Source: Chloroflexota bacterium (lineage in GTDB: Bacteria > Chloroflexota > Anaerolineae > Anaerolineales > Anaerolineaceae). From it: a DNA stretch of 64,000 nucleotides. The notes beneath the pieces are model-generated. The model saw only the letters and a program-made list of their open reading frames with translations, made no database searches and was not told the DNA's origin. The position numbers and the translations under genes are program-made. The DNA is taken from assembly GCA_004347695.1 (NCBI GenBank), contig SLTK01000009.1, positions 194,328 to 258,327 on the forward strand. Reading direction: 5' to 3'. Shown in pieces: positions 17,851 to 26,485 of the stretch (within the stretch, counting starts at the first letter, position 1; every line of letters starts with the position of its first letter).

Positions 17851-20589
17851 ATGGATGAGAAATTAACCGGCGCGATGATCCGGCAGACATTCATCGACTT
17901 TTTTGTAGAAAAAGGACATACCTACGTTCCGTCCTCGTCACTCGTTCCAGGAGGAGATCAGACACTGCTGTTCACCAACGCAGGCATGGTGCAGTTCAAG
18001 GACGTGTTCCTGGGGACTGACCGGCGCCCTTACACTCGGGCAGTCAATTCTCAAAAATGCCTGCGGGTAGCCGGTAAGCACAATGACCTCGACGAAGTCG
18101 GTCGCGACGATACTCACCATACCTTCTTCGAGATGCTGGGGAACTGGTCGTTTGGCGATTATTACAAAAAAGAAGCCATCACCTGGGCCTGGCAATTGCT
18201 CACCGAGGTCTGGGGTCTGGATAAAGACCGATTATGGGCTACCTGCTTCAAAGATGAGAAAGATGAAATTCCGACCGACGATGAAGCGGCTGAAAATTGG
18301 ATTGCGCAGCCAGGGATGATCCCCGGGCACGTGGTCTTCTCGGGGCGCAAGGATAATTTTTGGGAAATGGCTGATACCGGGCCAAGCGGCCCGTGCAGCG
18401 AGATCCATGTGGATATGGGACCGGCGGCCTGTGACAAACAAGACGAACCAGGCCATGTGTGCAAGGTCAACGGAGATTGCAAGCGGTATCTCGAAATCTG
18501 GAATCTGGTTTTTATCCAGTACAACCGTTTATCTCCCACACAGCTTGTGCCGCTGCCCGCCAAACATGTGGACACCGGGATGGGGTTGGACCGCATTGTA
18601 TCCATCCTGCAAAAAACATCATCGAATTACCGCACCGACCTGTTCTGGCCCTTGCTCGAGAAGATTAGATCATTAACCGGGCACACGCCTGCTCAACTTG
18701 AAGAAAATCTGACCCCCTACCGCGTGATTGCCGACCACGCGCGTGCATCCACCTTTCTGATTGCGGATGGGGTGGTACCTGGCAATACCGGTCGAAATTA
18801 TATTGTGCGCATGATCATCCGCCGGGCAGCGCGTTTTGCCACCAAAATCGGCTTAAAAGAACCGTTTATGGCCAGGGTAGCTGAAGTGGTCATCGATTAT
18901 TACAGTAGCGCCTATCCTGAACTGGAGCGTAACCGGGCAGCCATCCTGGATGCACTCACCCGCGAAGAAATCCGCTTCCAGCGCACTGTTGAGCAGGGTA
19001 TGGAACACCTGGAAGAGATGCTTGCCGAGGTCAAGAAATCCGGCAGGGTTGTTCTCGAAGGTGAAAAGGCTTTTGATTTATACGCAACGCACGGTTTGCC
19101 GCTTGAACTGACCCGCGATGTCGCTCGCGAACAATTTCTGGATGTTGACCAGGGCGGCTTTACCCGCGCCATGGAAGAGCACCGCCTGGCTTCCGGCGCC
19201 GGCAAGGCATTTGGCGTGATGGGTGGCGATCAGGTGGACGTGTACCGCGCCATTGCGCAGGACTTGAAAACACGCGGCACTCTTGGCGCGGGCGGGGTGG
19301 CATATGATCCGTATTCGACGCTGGAAGTGGAAGGGCAGGTATTGGCCATCGTCCGGAACGGCGAACCCATTAAAGAAGCCATCACCGGGGACCTGGTCGA
19401 GGTCGTGCTGCCAGCCACTTGTTTTTATATCGAATCGGGCGGGCAGATCTCGGATACAGGTACCATCGTTTCAGCAAATGAACCGCGCTGGGAGATCCGG
19501 GTTGATGAAATGCGTAAACCTGCTGCCGGGATGATCGCTCACATTGGCGAGGTGGTTCGCGGTAAGCCGGCAGTTGGCGATGTGGCGATTGCATCTGTCG
19601 ACGCGCAGCGGCGCTGGGATATTATGCGCAACCACACTGCCACGCACTTGCTGCACGCTGAATTGCATCATGTGCTGGGAAAACATGCCCGTCAGGCAGG
19701 TTCACTGGTTGCACCGGACCGTCTGCGATTTGATTTTACTCATCCGGAAGCGCTGACCATGGAGCAGCTCGAGCAGATTGAAGCCGGCGTGAACCGCGAC
19801 ATCCTGGACAATTTTCGACTGCGGGTCGTTCAAAAACCGCTTGCGCAGGCGATGGAAGAAGGCGCCATGGCGCTTTTCGGCGAAAAATATGGCGAAACGG
19901 TGCGGACCATTACCATCGGCGGCGAGGAAACATTGTCGTATGAATTGTGCGGCGGCACTCACGTTGATTCAACCGGCGACATTGGGATATTCCTGATTAC
20001 CAGCGAGGGCAGCGCGGCCGCCGGTGTTCGCCGCATCGAGGCCGTCACCGGACGCGAAGCGTACCGGCTGGTGCAGCGGCGATTTAAATTGATGAAACTG
20101 ACCGCCAACGTTCTGGTGAGTAATGTGGATGAGGTCAGCTTCAAAGCCGAAAGCCTGGTCAGCGAAGTTTCCAACCTGCACAGAGAAATTTCCAAACTAC
20201 GCCAGGCGTTAGCTACAGCGGAGTTTGAGCCCTCTCTGGTTAATGCCCGCGAGGTGGATGGAGTCCGGGTGTTGTCAGCCGTGATTAATCAGGCCGATGC
20301 GGATACGCTGCGCTTGTTGACTGACCGCTTCCGCCAGCGATACCCCAGCGGCGTGGTGGTGCTGGGCAGTGCCCTGGAAGAACGCCCCATGGTGATCGCG
20401 GCCATCACCGATGACCTGGTCAAGCAGGGTTGGAATGCCGGTGAACTGGTGAAGGTGGTGGCAGCGGTGATCGGCGGCAGCGGTGGTGGCCGCCCGAATC
20501 TGGCTCAGGCTGGCGGCAAGGATGCCTCAAAGCTCAATGAAGCCATGGATCAGGTATTGCCCTGGGTTGATAAGAAATTTGGAAAATAA
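17851..20589 (+). CDS. alaS: alanine--tRNA ligase
   Basis: LLFTNAGMVQFK, HHTFFEMLGNWSFG, HVDTGMGLDR, editing motifs HTATHLLH and ELCGGTH, C-terminal GGGRP. Confidence 0.98.
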   Translation: MDEKLTGAMIRQTFIDFFVEKGHTYVPSSSLVPGGDQTLLFTNAGMVQFKDVFLGTDRRPYTRAVNSQKCLRVAGKHNDLDEVGRDDTHHTFFEMLGNWSFGDYYKKEAITWAWQLLTEVWGLDKDRLWATCFKDEKDEIPTDDEAAENWIAQPGMIPGHVVFSGRKDNFWEMADTGPSGPCSEIHVDMGPAACDKQDEPGHVCKVNGDCKRYLEIWNLVFIQYNRLSPTQLVPLPAKHVDTGMGLDRIVSILQKTSSNYRTDLFWPLLEKIRSLTGHTPAQLEENLTPYRVIADHARASTFLIADGVVPGNTGRNYIVRMIIRRAARFATKIGLKEPFMARVAEVVIDYYSSAYPELERNRAAILDALTREEIRFQRTVEQGMEHLEEMLAEVKKSGRVVLEGEKAFDLYATHGLPLELTRDVAREQFLDVDQGGFTRAMEEHRLASGAGKAFGVMGGDQVDVYRAIAQDLKTRGTLGAGGVAYDPYSTLEVEGQVLAIVRNGEPIKEAITGDLVEVVLPATCFYIESGGQISDTGTIVSANEPRWEIRVDEMRKPAAGMIAHIGEVVRGKPAVGDVAIASVDAQRRWDIMRNHTATHLLHAELHHVLGKHARQAGSLVAPDRLRFDFTHPEALTMEQLEQIEAGVNRDILDNFRLRVVQKPLAQAMEEGAMALFGEKYGETVRTITIGGEETLSYELCGGTHVDSTGDIGIFLITSEGSAAAGVRRIEAVTGREAYRLVQRRFKLMKLTANVLVSNVDEVSFKAESLVSEVSNLHREISKLRQALATAEFEPSLVNAREVDGVRVLSAVINQADADTLRLLTDRFRQRYPSGVVVLGSALEERPMVIAAITDDLVKQGWNAGELVKVVAAVIGGSGGGRPNLAQAGGKDASKLNEAMDQVLPWVDKKFGK

Positions 20590-20617
20590 AATAAGATATG
20601 AATTGCAAAATTGAATT

Positions 20618-20647
20618 CGTAGGGGTGGTTCGCAAGCCACCCCTACG
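20618..20647. repeat. GTAG-family REP-like palindrome between convergent genes
   Basis: CGTAGGGGTGG-TTCGCAAG-CCACCCCTACG, perfect 11-bp arms. Confidence 0.7.
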
Positions 20648-20677
20648 CGATGTTGCAGAATGAAAATATTGTGAAGG

Positions 20678-22114
20678 TTATTCCAGCCCCTCCAGATATT
20701 TGATAACCAGACGAACGCCGAAGCCGGTTGCGCCTTTTTGGCTGTAGGGCAGGTCCCTGGGCACGTCAGCCACTCCGGCAATATCCAGGTGCGCCCAGCG
20801 GGTGCCTTCTTCGATAAATTGTTTCAGGAACATCCCGCCAATAACCGGTGTGGCCTCTTTCCCACCGGAATTGCGCAGATCGGCGTCATCTCCCTTGATC
20901 TGTGCGAGGTATTCCTCATCCAGCGGCATGCGCCATAACCGCTCGTGGGTTGCCTCGCCTGCCTGGAATAACTGTCCGGCCAGGGTGTCGTCGTTGGAGA
21001 ATAGTCCGGCACGCACGCGTCCCAGCGCGAGTCACCACGCCGCCGGTCAGCGTCGCCATATCAATGACTGCGCGCGGATTAAAGTTCTTTTGCGCGTAAG
21101 TCAATCCGTCCGCCAGAATCAGGCGGCCTTCAGCGTCGGTAGTGACAATTTCGATGGTCTTTCCGGAAAGGCTGGTCAGGATGTCATCCGGGCGGTAGGC
21201 TTTACCGGAGATCATGTTCTCAGCCGCGCAAATCACACCCACCAGCGGGGTTTCGAGGCCAAGCTCGACCGCGGCCTTGAAGATGGCCAGCACATTCAGC
21301 CCGCCGCATTTGTCATATTTCATGGTCTGAATGTTGACTACGTCTTTTAACGAATAGCCGCCGGTGTCGATGTGATCGCTTTGCCTACCAACGCCACGGG
21401 CTGCTGGCCTACACCTTTGCCTTTTCCAGCATACTCGAGCACGATCATGCGCGCGGGAGTTTTGCTGCCCTTGCCAACCGCGGTGATGGCGCCTGCGCCC
21501 ATCTCGATCAGTTGTTGTTCATTCAAAACGTTGCATTTGACCCCCAGAGTTGCTGCCAGCTCCTGAGCGCGTTCCGACAGCGTCTGCGGGTTGATTTCGC
21601 TGGCCGGTTCGTGCGCCCAGTCTCGCTGCAGATTGACGGCCGATACCAGAGAGCTCGTATGCGCAACCACTTTGCTAATCTCAGTTTTCTTGCTGGTGCT
21701 GCGCACAGTGATTGTGCATGGTACGGCTGATTTTTCCGGCTTCTTATAGCGTTCGAAGCGGAACGCGCCAAGCAGCAATCCTTCACCGAACGCGGCCAGT
21801 TCAGCCCCTTCAACCTGGTCAGCATCGATTCCGAGCTGACTGACGGGATGTTTGAGCAGCCAGTCGGCCAGCTTACCGCCAGCCTGTCGGTAGGTATCGG
21901 TGATAATCTTATCAGCCTTACCGAGCGAGACGAAAAGTACGGGTTTATCGTTTTCAATCACCAGATTGACCTCGCCGGTTTGGCCTTGAGGTCCCGTCAG
22001 GGTAGCAACCTCCGGCGTGGGTAAAAGTCGGATTGCCGCTTCGTCTGCTGGAGCAGGCAGGTCGGCTGTGTTCAGGGTCAAGGGAAGTTTTGGGGTGGTG
22101 TAGGTAGCCGCCAA
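20678..22114 (-). pseudogene. pepA: leucyl aminopeptidase (M17) with two compensating frameshifts (pseudogene or sequence errors)
   Basis: Split over ORFs 21347-22114, 20916-21323 and 20678-21016. Adding one base at about 21370 restores GKAITFDTGG; removing one at about 21029 restores VVTALGRVRAGLFS. TDAEGRL, DMATLTG and HLDIAG motifs present; TTG start with AAGGAG RBS. Confidence 0.88.
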
Positions 22115-22157
22115 GTGAGTTCTCCTTAAGGTAGTTTATGTGCTTCAGATGGAAATA

Positions 22158-22191
22158 AAAATTAGGCGAGGTTTCATTCTCGCCTAATTTT
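22158..22191 (-). terminator. intrinsic terminator of the gcv operon
   Basis: AAAATTAGGCGAG / CTCGCCTAATTTT 13-bp inverted repeat just after the gcvPB stop. Confidence 0.75.
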
Positions 22192-22212
22192 ATACCCGTT
22201 GAGTTGATGGAG

Positions 22213-23676
22213 CTAGTTCTGGTCGGGGTACCAGCAGCACAAAACCAAATCTTTAGCGGCTTTGACCTCATCCAACCGGCCGATGGGGGTGATATGCGGC
22301 GCCTCATGCAGCAGTTCAGGCTGGGTGTGGGCCTCGGCGGCTATTTTGATCAAAGCATCGGCAAATGCATCGAGGGTTTGCTTGTTTTCTGTTTCGGTCG
22401 GCTCGATCATCAAGGCTTCATGCACGATCAGCGGGAAGTAGTTGGTTGGCGGATGGAACTTGTAATCCATCAGGCGCTTGGCGATATCCAGGGCGTGGAC
22501 GCCGGGAGCATCTTCGAAGACGCCTTCCATCACGAATTCATGCATGCAGATACGATCATGCGGCACGTGGTAGGTGTTGCGCAATTTAGCCAGCAGGTAA
22601 TTGGCATTCAACACTGCATGTTCGGCGATTTTGCGCATGCCGTCAGCGCCATACATCGAAATATAGGTGAAGGCACGTACCAGCATGCCGAAGTGGCCAT
22701 GGAATGACTTAACCCGTCCGATGGACTTGGCCGGCATCGCCAGATCGAACAGCGGAGCCTCTTCATCGGTACCTTCTTCGACGATGGCTGCATTAGGGCC
22801 GGGCAGGAAATCGACCAGATGCGCCGCCACGCCAACCGGCCCCGAACCCGGACCGCCGCCGCCATGCGGGGTGGAGAAGGTCTTGTGCAGGTTGAAGTGC
22901 ATGACATCGAAGCCGATGTCGCCGGGGCGAGCGATGCCAAGCAACGCATTCAAGTTGGCTCCGTCGCCATAAACCAGGCCACCGCAGCCGTGAATCAGGT
23001 CGAGCACCTCGACCACATGCTCCTCGAAAAGCCCGAGGGTGTTGGGGTTGGTCAACATCAAACCGGCGACCGTGTCATCGCAAAGCGCTTTGAGGGCTGT
23101 AAGATCGACGTTGCCGCGGCTGTCAGAAGGCACTCCAACGACCTCGAATCCGCGCATGGCGGATGTTGCCGGGTTGGTGCCGTGAGCTGAGTCAGGGATC
23201 AACATCTTGGTGCGGTTGGTGTGACCCATGGCATCATGATAGGCTTTGATGATCATCACGCCGGTGAATTCACCGTGCGCGCCGGCTGCCGGCTGAAGAC
23301 TGACGGCTGCAAATCCGCTGATTTCCTTCAGGTATTCCTGCAACTCGTACATCAAAGCCAGGTTGCCCTGGACGGTCTCGGCAGGCTGGAGAGGATGCGT
23401 GAAGGCGAATCCGGGCAGACGGGCGGTTTCTTCATTGATTTTCGGGTTGTATTTCATGGTACAGGACCCGAGCGGGTAAAAACCACCATCGATGGAGTAG
23501 TTCAATTGCGACAGATGGGTGAAATGCCGGACAACATCCAGCTCGGATAATTCCGGCAGCGGCAGAGTTTCGCGCTCCAGCCCGGCAGGCAGTTTTGCCA
23601 GCGGGACATCCGGTTCGGGGAAACGCACACCGATTCGTCCCGCAGATGAAAGTTCATAAACGGTAGGTTCAGCCAT
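22213..23676 (-). CDS. gcvPB: glycine dehydrogenase (decarboxylating) subunit 2
   Basis: YPLGSCTMKYNP, PDSAHGTNPA, NLHKTFSTPHGGGGPG, MIEPTE. Confidence 0.97.
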   Translation of the reverse strand: MAEPTVYELSSAGRIGVRFPEPDVPLAKLPAGLERETLPLPELSELDVVRHFTHLSQLNYSIDGGFYPLGSCTMKYNPKINEETARLPGFAFTHPLQPAETVQGNLALMYELQEYLKEISGFAAVSLQPAAGAHGEFTGVMIIKAYHDAMGHTNRTKMLIPDSAHGTNPATSAMRGFEVVGVPSDSRGNVDLTALKALCDDTVAGLMLTNPNTLGLFEEHVVEVLDLIHGCGGLVYGDGANLNALLGIARPGDIGFDVMHFNLHKTFSTPHGGGGPGSGPVGVAAHLVDFLPGPNAAIVEEGTDEEAPLFDLAMPAKSIGRVKSFHGHFGMLVRAFTYISMYGADGMRKIAEHAVLNANYLLAKLRNTYHVPHDRICMHEFVMEGVFEDAPGVHALDIAKRLMDYKFHPPTNYFPLIVHEALMIEPTETENKQTLDAFADALIKIAAEAHTQPELLHEAPHITPIGRLDEVKAAKDLVLCCWYPDQN

Positions 23677-25021
23677 GATTGAACTCCTCCAGGACTTCGC
23701 AGAGGACGTCGATATCCTCGCGGGTGTTCATTTCGGTAACGGCGATCAGCATGTGATTGTCCAATCCGGGGTAATCCTTGCCGAGGTCGTAGCCGCCCAG
23801 GATGCCGTGATCCAGCAGGTGCAGGTTGATATCTGCGACCGGCGCCGGGGTCTTCACCACAAACTCGTGGAAGAAGGGCGTGCTGGTTTGCAGTTCGTAC
23901 CCGGGGATTTTGCCAATTTTCTCGGCAGCATAATGGGCCTTGTGGTAACACAACTCCGCCACTTTGCGCAGGCCGTGTTTTCCAAGCAGGCTGAGGTAAA
24001 CCGCGGAAGCCAGCGCCATCAGACCCTGATTGGTGCAGATATTAGAGGTGGCTTTTTCACGGCGAATATGCTGCTCGCGGGCGGTCAATGTCAATACATA
24101 GCCGCGCTGGCCCTTTTCGTCCTGCGTTTCGCCAACCAGGCGTCCAGCCATTTTGCGCACCAGTTCTTTTTTGGCGGCAAATAAGCCAAGGTATGGGCCG
24201 CCGTAGGAAAGCGGGATGCCGAGCGGCTGACCTTCACCGACAACGATGTCGGCGCCAAATTCGCCAGGGGTTTTGAGCATGGCCAGAGCAGTGGGGTTGA
24301 TGGCAACTGCCAGTAATGCGCCGGCTTCATGTACTTTTTGCGCAAAGGCTGTCAGGTCCTGGATGCGCCCGAAGAAATCCGGGTATTGCACCATGACCAG
24401 CGAGGTGTTCATGTCGACCAATTTGGCGAGATCATCAACCGAAAGGAAAGGCGAAGAACCGGCTTCATCCCCAACAATTTCCAGCCCGGTATAACCGGAC
24501 ATATAGGTGCGCAGAACCGCCCGGTATTGTGGGTTGACTGCCGGTGAGAGCACGATACGAGCGCGTTTGCCGCGGAAGTGATGGTATGCCAGCACCGCGG
24601 CTTCGGCTGCAGCAGTTGCCCCGTCATAATGCGAGGCATTGCTGACTTCCATGCCGGTCAAGAGCGCGATCAGGCTCTGGTATTCAAACACCGCTTGAAG
24701 CGTTCCCTGAGAAACTTCGGGCTGGTAAGGCGTGTATGCGGTGAGAAATTCACCACGGCTAATGACTGCATCCACAGCCGCTGGAATATAGTGGTTGTAA
24801 GCACCGGCACCCAGGAAGCAGATCAATTCACGAGTTGATTCATTGACCGATGCCAGTTCGGTCAATTCCGCCAGGACTTCCATTTCGGACAGGGCTGGCG
24901 GTAAGTTTAATTTGGGGAAGCGGAAATTCTTGGGAACGGCGTTGAACAGCTCAGCCATCGAGCTCACGCCTATTTCCTTCAGCATCTCCTCCCTTTCGGA
25001 GTCCGTATGGGGAATAAACAT
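23669..25021 (-). CDS. gcvPA: glycine dehydrogenase (decarboxylating) subunit 1
   Basis: FLGAGAY, TAYTPYQPEVSQG, NASHYDG, REQHIRREKATSNICTNQ. Confidence 0.97.
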   Translation of the reverse strand: MFIPHTDSEREEMLKEIGVSSMAELFNAVPKNFRFPKLNLPPALSEMEVLAELTELASVNESTRELICFLGAGAYNHYIPAAVDAVISRGEFLTAYTPYQPEVSQGTLQAVFEYQSLIALLTGMEVSNASHYDGATAAAEAAVLAYHHFRGKRARIVLSPAVNPQYRAVLRTYMSGYTGLEIVGDEAGSSPFLSVDDLAKLVDMNTSLVMVQYPDFFGRIQDLTAFAQKVHEAGALLAVAINPTALAMLKTPGEFGADIVVGEGQPLGIPLSYGGPYLGLFAAKKELVRKMAGRLVGETQDEKGQRGYVLTLTAREQHIRREKATSNICTNQGLMALASAVYLSLLGKHGLRKVAELCYHKAHYAAEKIGKIPGYELQTSTPFFHEFVVKTPAPVADINLHLLDHGILGGYDLGKDYPGLDNHMLIAVTEMNTREDIDVLCEVLEEFNHG

Positions 25022-25410
25022 TAGTGTCCGCGCTCCGCGCAGTATTTCTCATACTCGGCGGCATCCATGAGCGAATTCAGGTCACCCAGGTCGCTCATTT
25101 CAACCTTAAGAAACCAGTTTTCGTAGGGTGCGGAGTTGATGCCTTCGAAGGCGTCAACTACCGACTCATTGAGTTCAACCACTTTGCCAGATACCGGAAA
25201 GTTGACATCTGCCGCCGCTTTGACGGATTCAACGGTCGCTGCAGTGCCGCCCTTTTTCACGGTTTCACCGTTATCCACTTTGAACTCAAAATAGACGATA
25301 TCGGAAAGCTGAGACTGCGCATAGTCAGTGATTCCGATGGTGGCCGCCTTGCCATCAACTTTAACCCACTCATCTGTCTTGGAATATTTCAGGTCGCCCG
25401 GGATTTTCAT
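25021..25410 (-). CDS. gcvH: glycine cleavage system H protein
   Basis: GITDYAQ..L.DIVY and the lipoyl-lysine motif VESVKAA. Confidence 0.96.
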   Translation of the reverse strand: MKIPGDLKYSKTDEWVKVDGKAATIGITDYAQSQLSDIVYFEFKVDNGETVKKGGTAATVESVKAAADVNFPVSGKVVELNESVVDAFEGINSAPYENWFLKVEMSDLGDLNSLMDAAEYEKYCAERGH

Positions 25411-25452
25411 ATTTGTTCCTCCTTAGGATATGGACATGGGGATTTTACAGAA

Positions 25453-25485
25453 AGAGGACACAACGCGTGGAGCGGTGTGTCCTCT
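25453..25485 (-). terminator. expression-platform terminator of the glycine riboswitch
   Basis: AGAGGACACA / TGTGTCCTCT stem; its 5' arm is the 3' strand (CAGAGG) of aptamer-2 P1. Confidence 0.75.
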
Positions 25486-25654
25486 GTTTCTGACCGGTGA
25501 GATTCGCTCAGTAGAACTGAGCTTGCCCCTTGGGTGCTTGCAGGCTTTTCAGAGGGTTCTCTGTTTAGGGTCCTTTTACCTGAGAGATTCAGCGGTGGAT
25601 GCGCTTCCAATCGCCTTGCCCCTTCGGTGCCAGTTTATGGTCTCTTCCCTAAAA
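25481..25654 (-). ncRNA. tandem glycine riboswitch
   Basis: Minus strand aptamer 1: UUUAGGG-AAGAGA...CACCGAAGGGGCAA...AAUCUCUCAGGUAAAAGGA-CCCUAAA. Aptamer 2: CCUCUG-AAAAG...CACCCAAGGGGCAA...AAUCUCACCGGU...CAGAGG. Lies upstream of gcvH. Confidence 0.93.
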
Positions 25655-25699
25655 AGGGGAATATTGAATTGAAGTTCGATTCAATGGATTCCGTAAGTA

Positions 25700-25708
25700 A
25701 TTATACCA
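25700..25708 (-). promoter_or_regulatory. extended -10 promoter of the gcv operon
   Basis: TGG-TATAAT on the minus strand about 45 nt upstream of the riboswitch. Confidence 0.6.
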
Positions 25709-25829
25709 AAAGCGGACAGGAATGGACGTCTTTCCTGGCCAACATTTTTGGCGTGGGTACTCTTGGCAAATAGGAAATCCACAGGTTGCCCGCAATTTGC
25801 CCTAAGACCTTTTACCGGAAGAGATTAAT

Positions 25830-25888
25830 TGTAACAAACGTTGCATTTTGTTTCAAACTATGATATGTTAAATGCAACAAACGTTACA
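25830..25888 (+). promoter_or_regulatory. promoter flanked by two palindromic operators TGYAAC-N4-GTTRCA
   Basis: TGTAAC-AAAC-GTTGCA (25830-25845) and TGCAAC-AAAC-GTTACA (25873-25888); -35 TTGCAT (25841-25846), 17 nt, TGn-TATGTT (25864-25869). Confidence 0.7.
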
Positions 25889-25900
25889 AACAGGTGCAAA

Positions 25901-26461
25901 ATGGATTGGATACTTTTTCTCTCGCAACTTCCAACGAATCCTTCGAGTTTGCGGGTAACGGTGTGGCGCAAGATGCGGGCAAACGGCGCGTTAGGTTTGC
26001 AGAATGGTGTTTGGATGCTTCCCGATGTACCCGAACAAAATCACTTCTTGCAAGAATTGTTGGAAAGCGTTCAAAAACAAGGAGCACGGTGCCAAATATT
26101 TAAAGTACGTCCCTTAGATACTGCTGTGGAGAAAGAGATTCTGGAACGATTTATCTCAGATCGCAATGAGGAGTATAGCGAATTTATCGAACGCTGCCAG
26201 GATTTTCAGGCCGAAATTACCAGAGAAACTGAAAAACAAAAATTTACATTTGCTGAATTGGAAGAAAACGAACAGGATTTACAGCGACTAACTACCTGGC
26301 TGGAAAAAATCCAAAAACGCGACTTTACAGGCGGCGGAAAAGCTCAATTAGCCGCTGATATCTTCGAAAAGTGCAAAAGCATTTTTGAGGTCTTTGCAAC
26401 CGCCGTATACAACCGCACTTCAAATGAACCAGCCACAGGCTTAGATTCTACAAACGAATAG
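25901..26461 (+). CDS. ChrB N-terminal-domain-like protein, putative transcriptional regulator
   Basis: W.LFLSQLP...SSLRVTVWRKMR..GA..LQNGVWMLP and EENEQDLQRL..WL.KI..RDF, a pattern I recognise as ChrB_N type. ATG 25901 with AGGTG RBS preferred over the longer ORF start. Confidence 0.7.
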   Translation: MDWILFLSQLPTNPSSLRVTVWRKMRANGALGLQNGVWMLPDVPEQNHFLQELLESVQKQGARCQIFKVRPLDTAVEKEILERFISDRNEEYSEFIERCQDFQAEITRETEKQKFTFAELEENEQDLQRLTTWLEKIQKRDFTGGGKAQLAADIFEKCKSIFEVFATAVYNRTSNEPATGLDSTNE

Positions 26462-26485
26462 AAATGGCGAAATTAGTAAGAAAAC

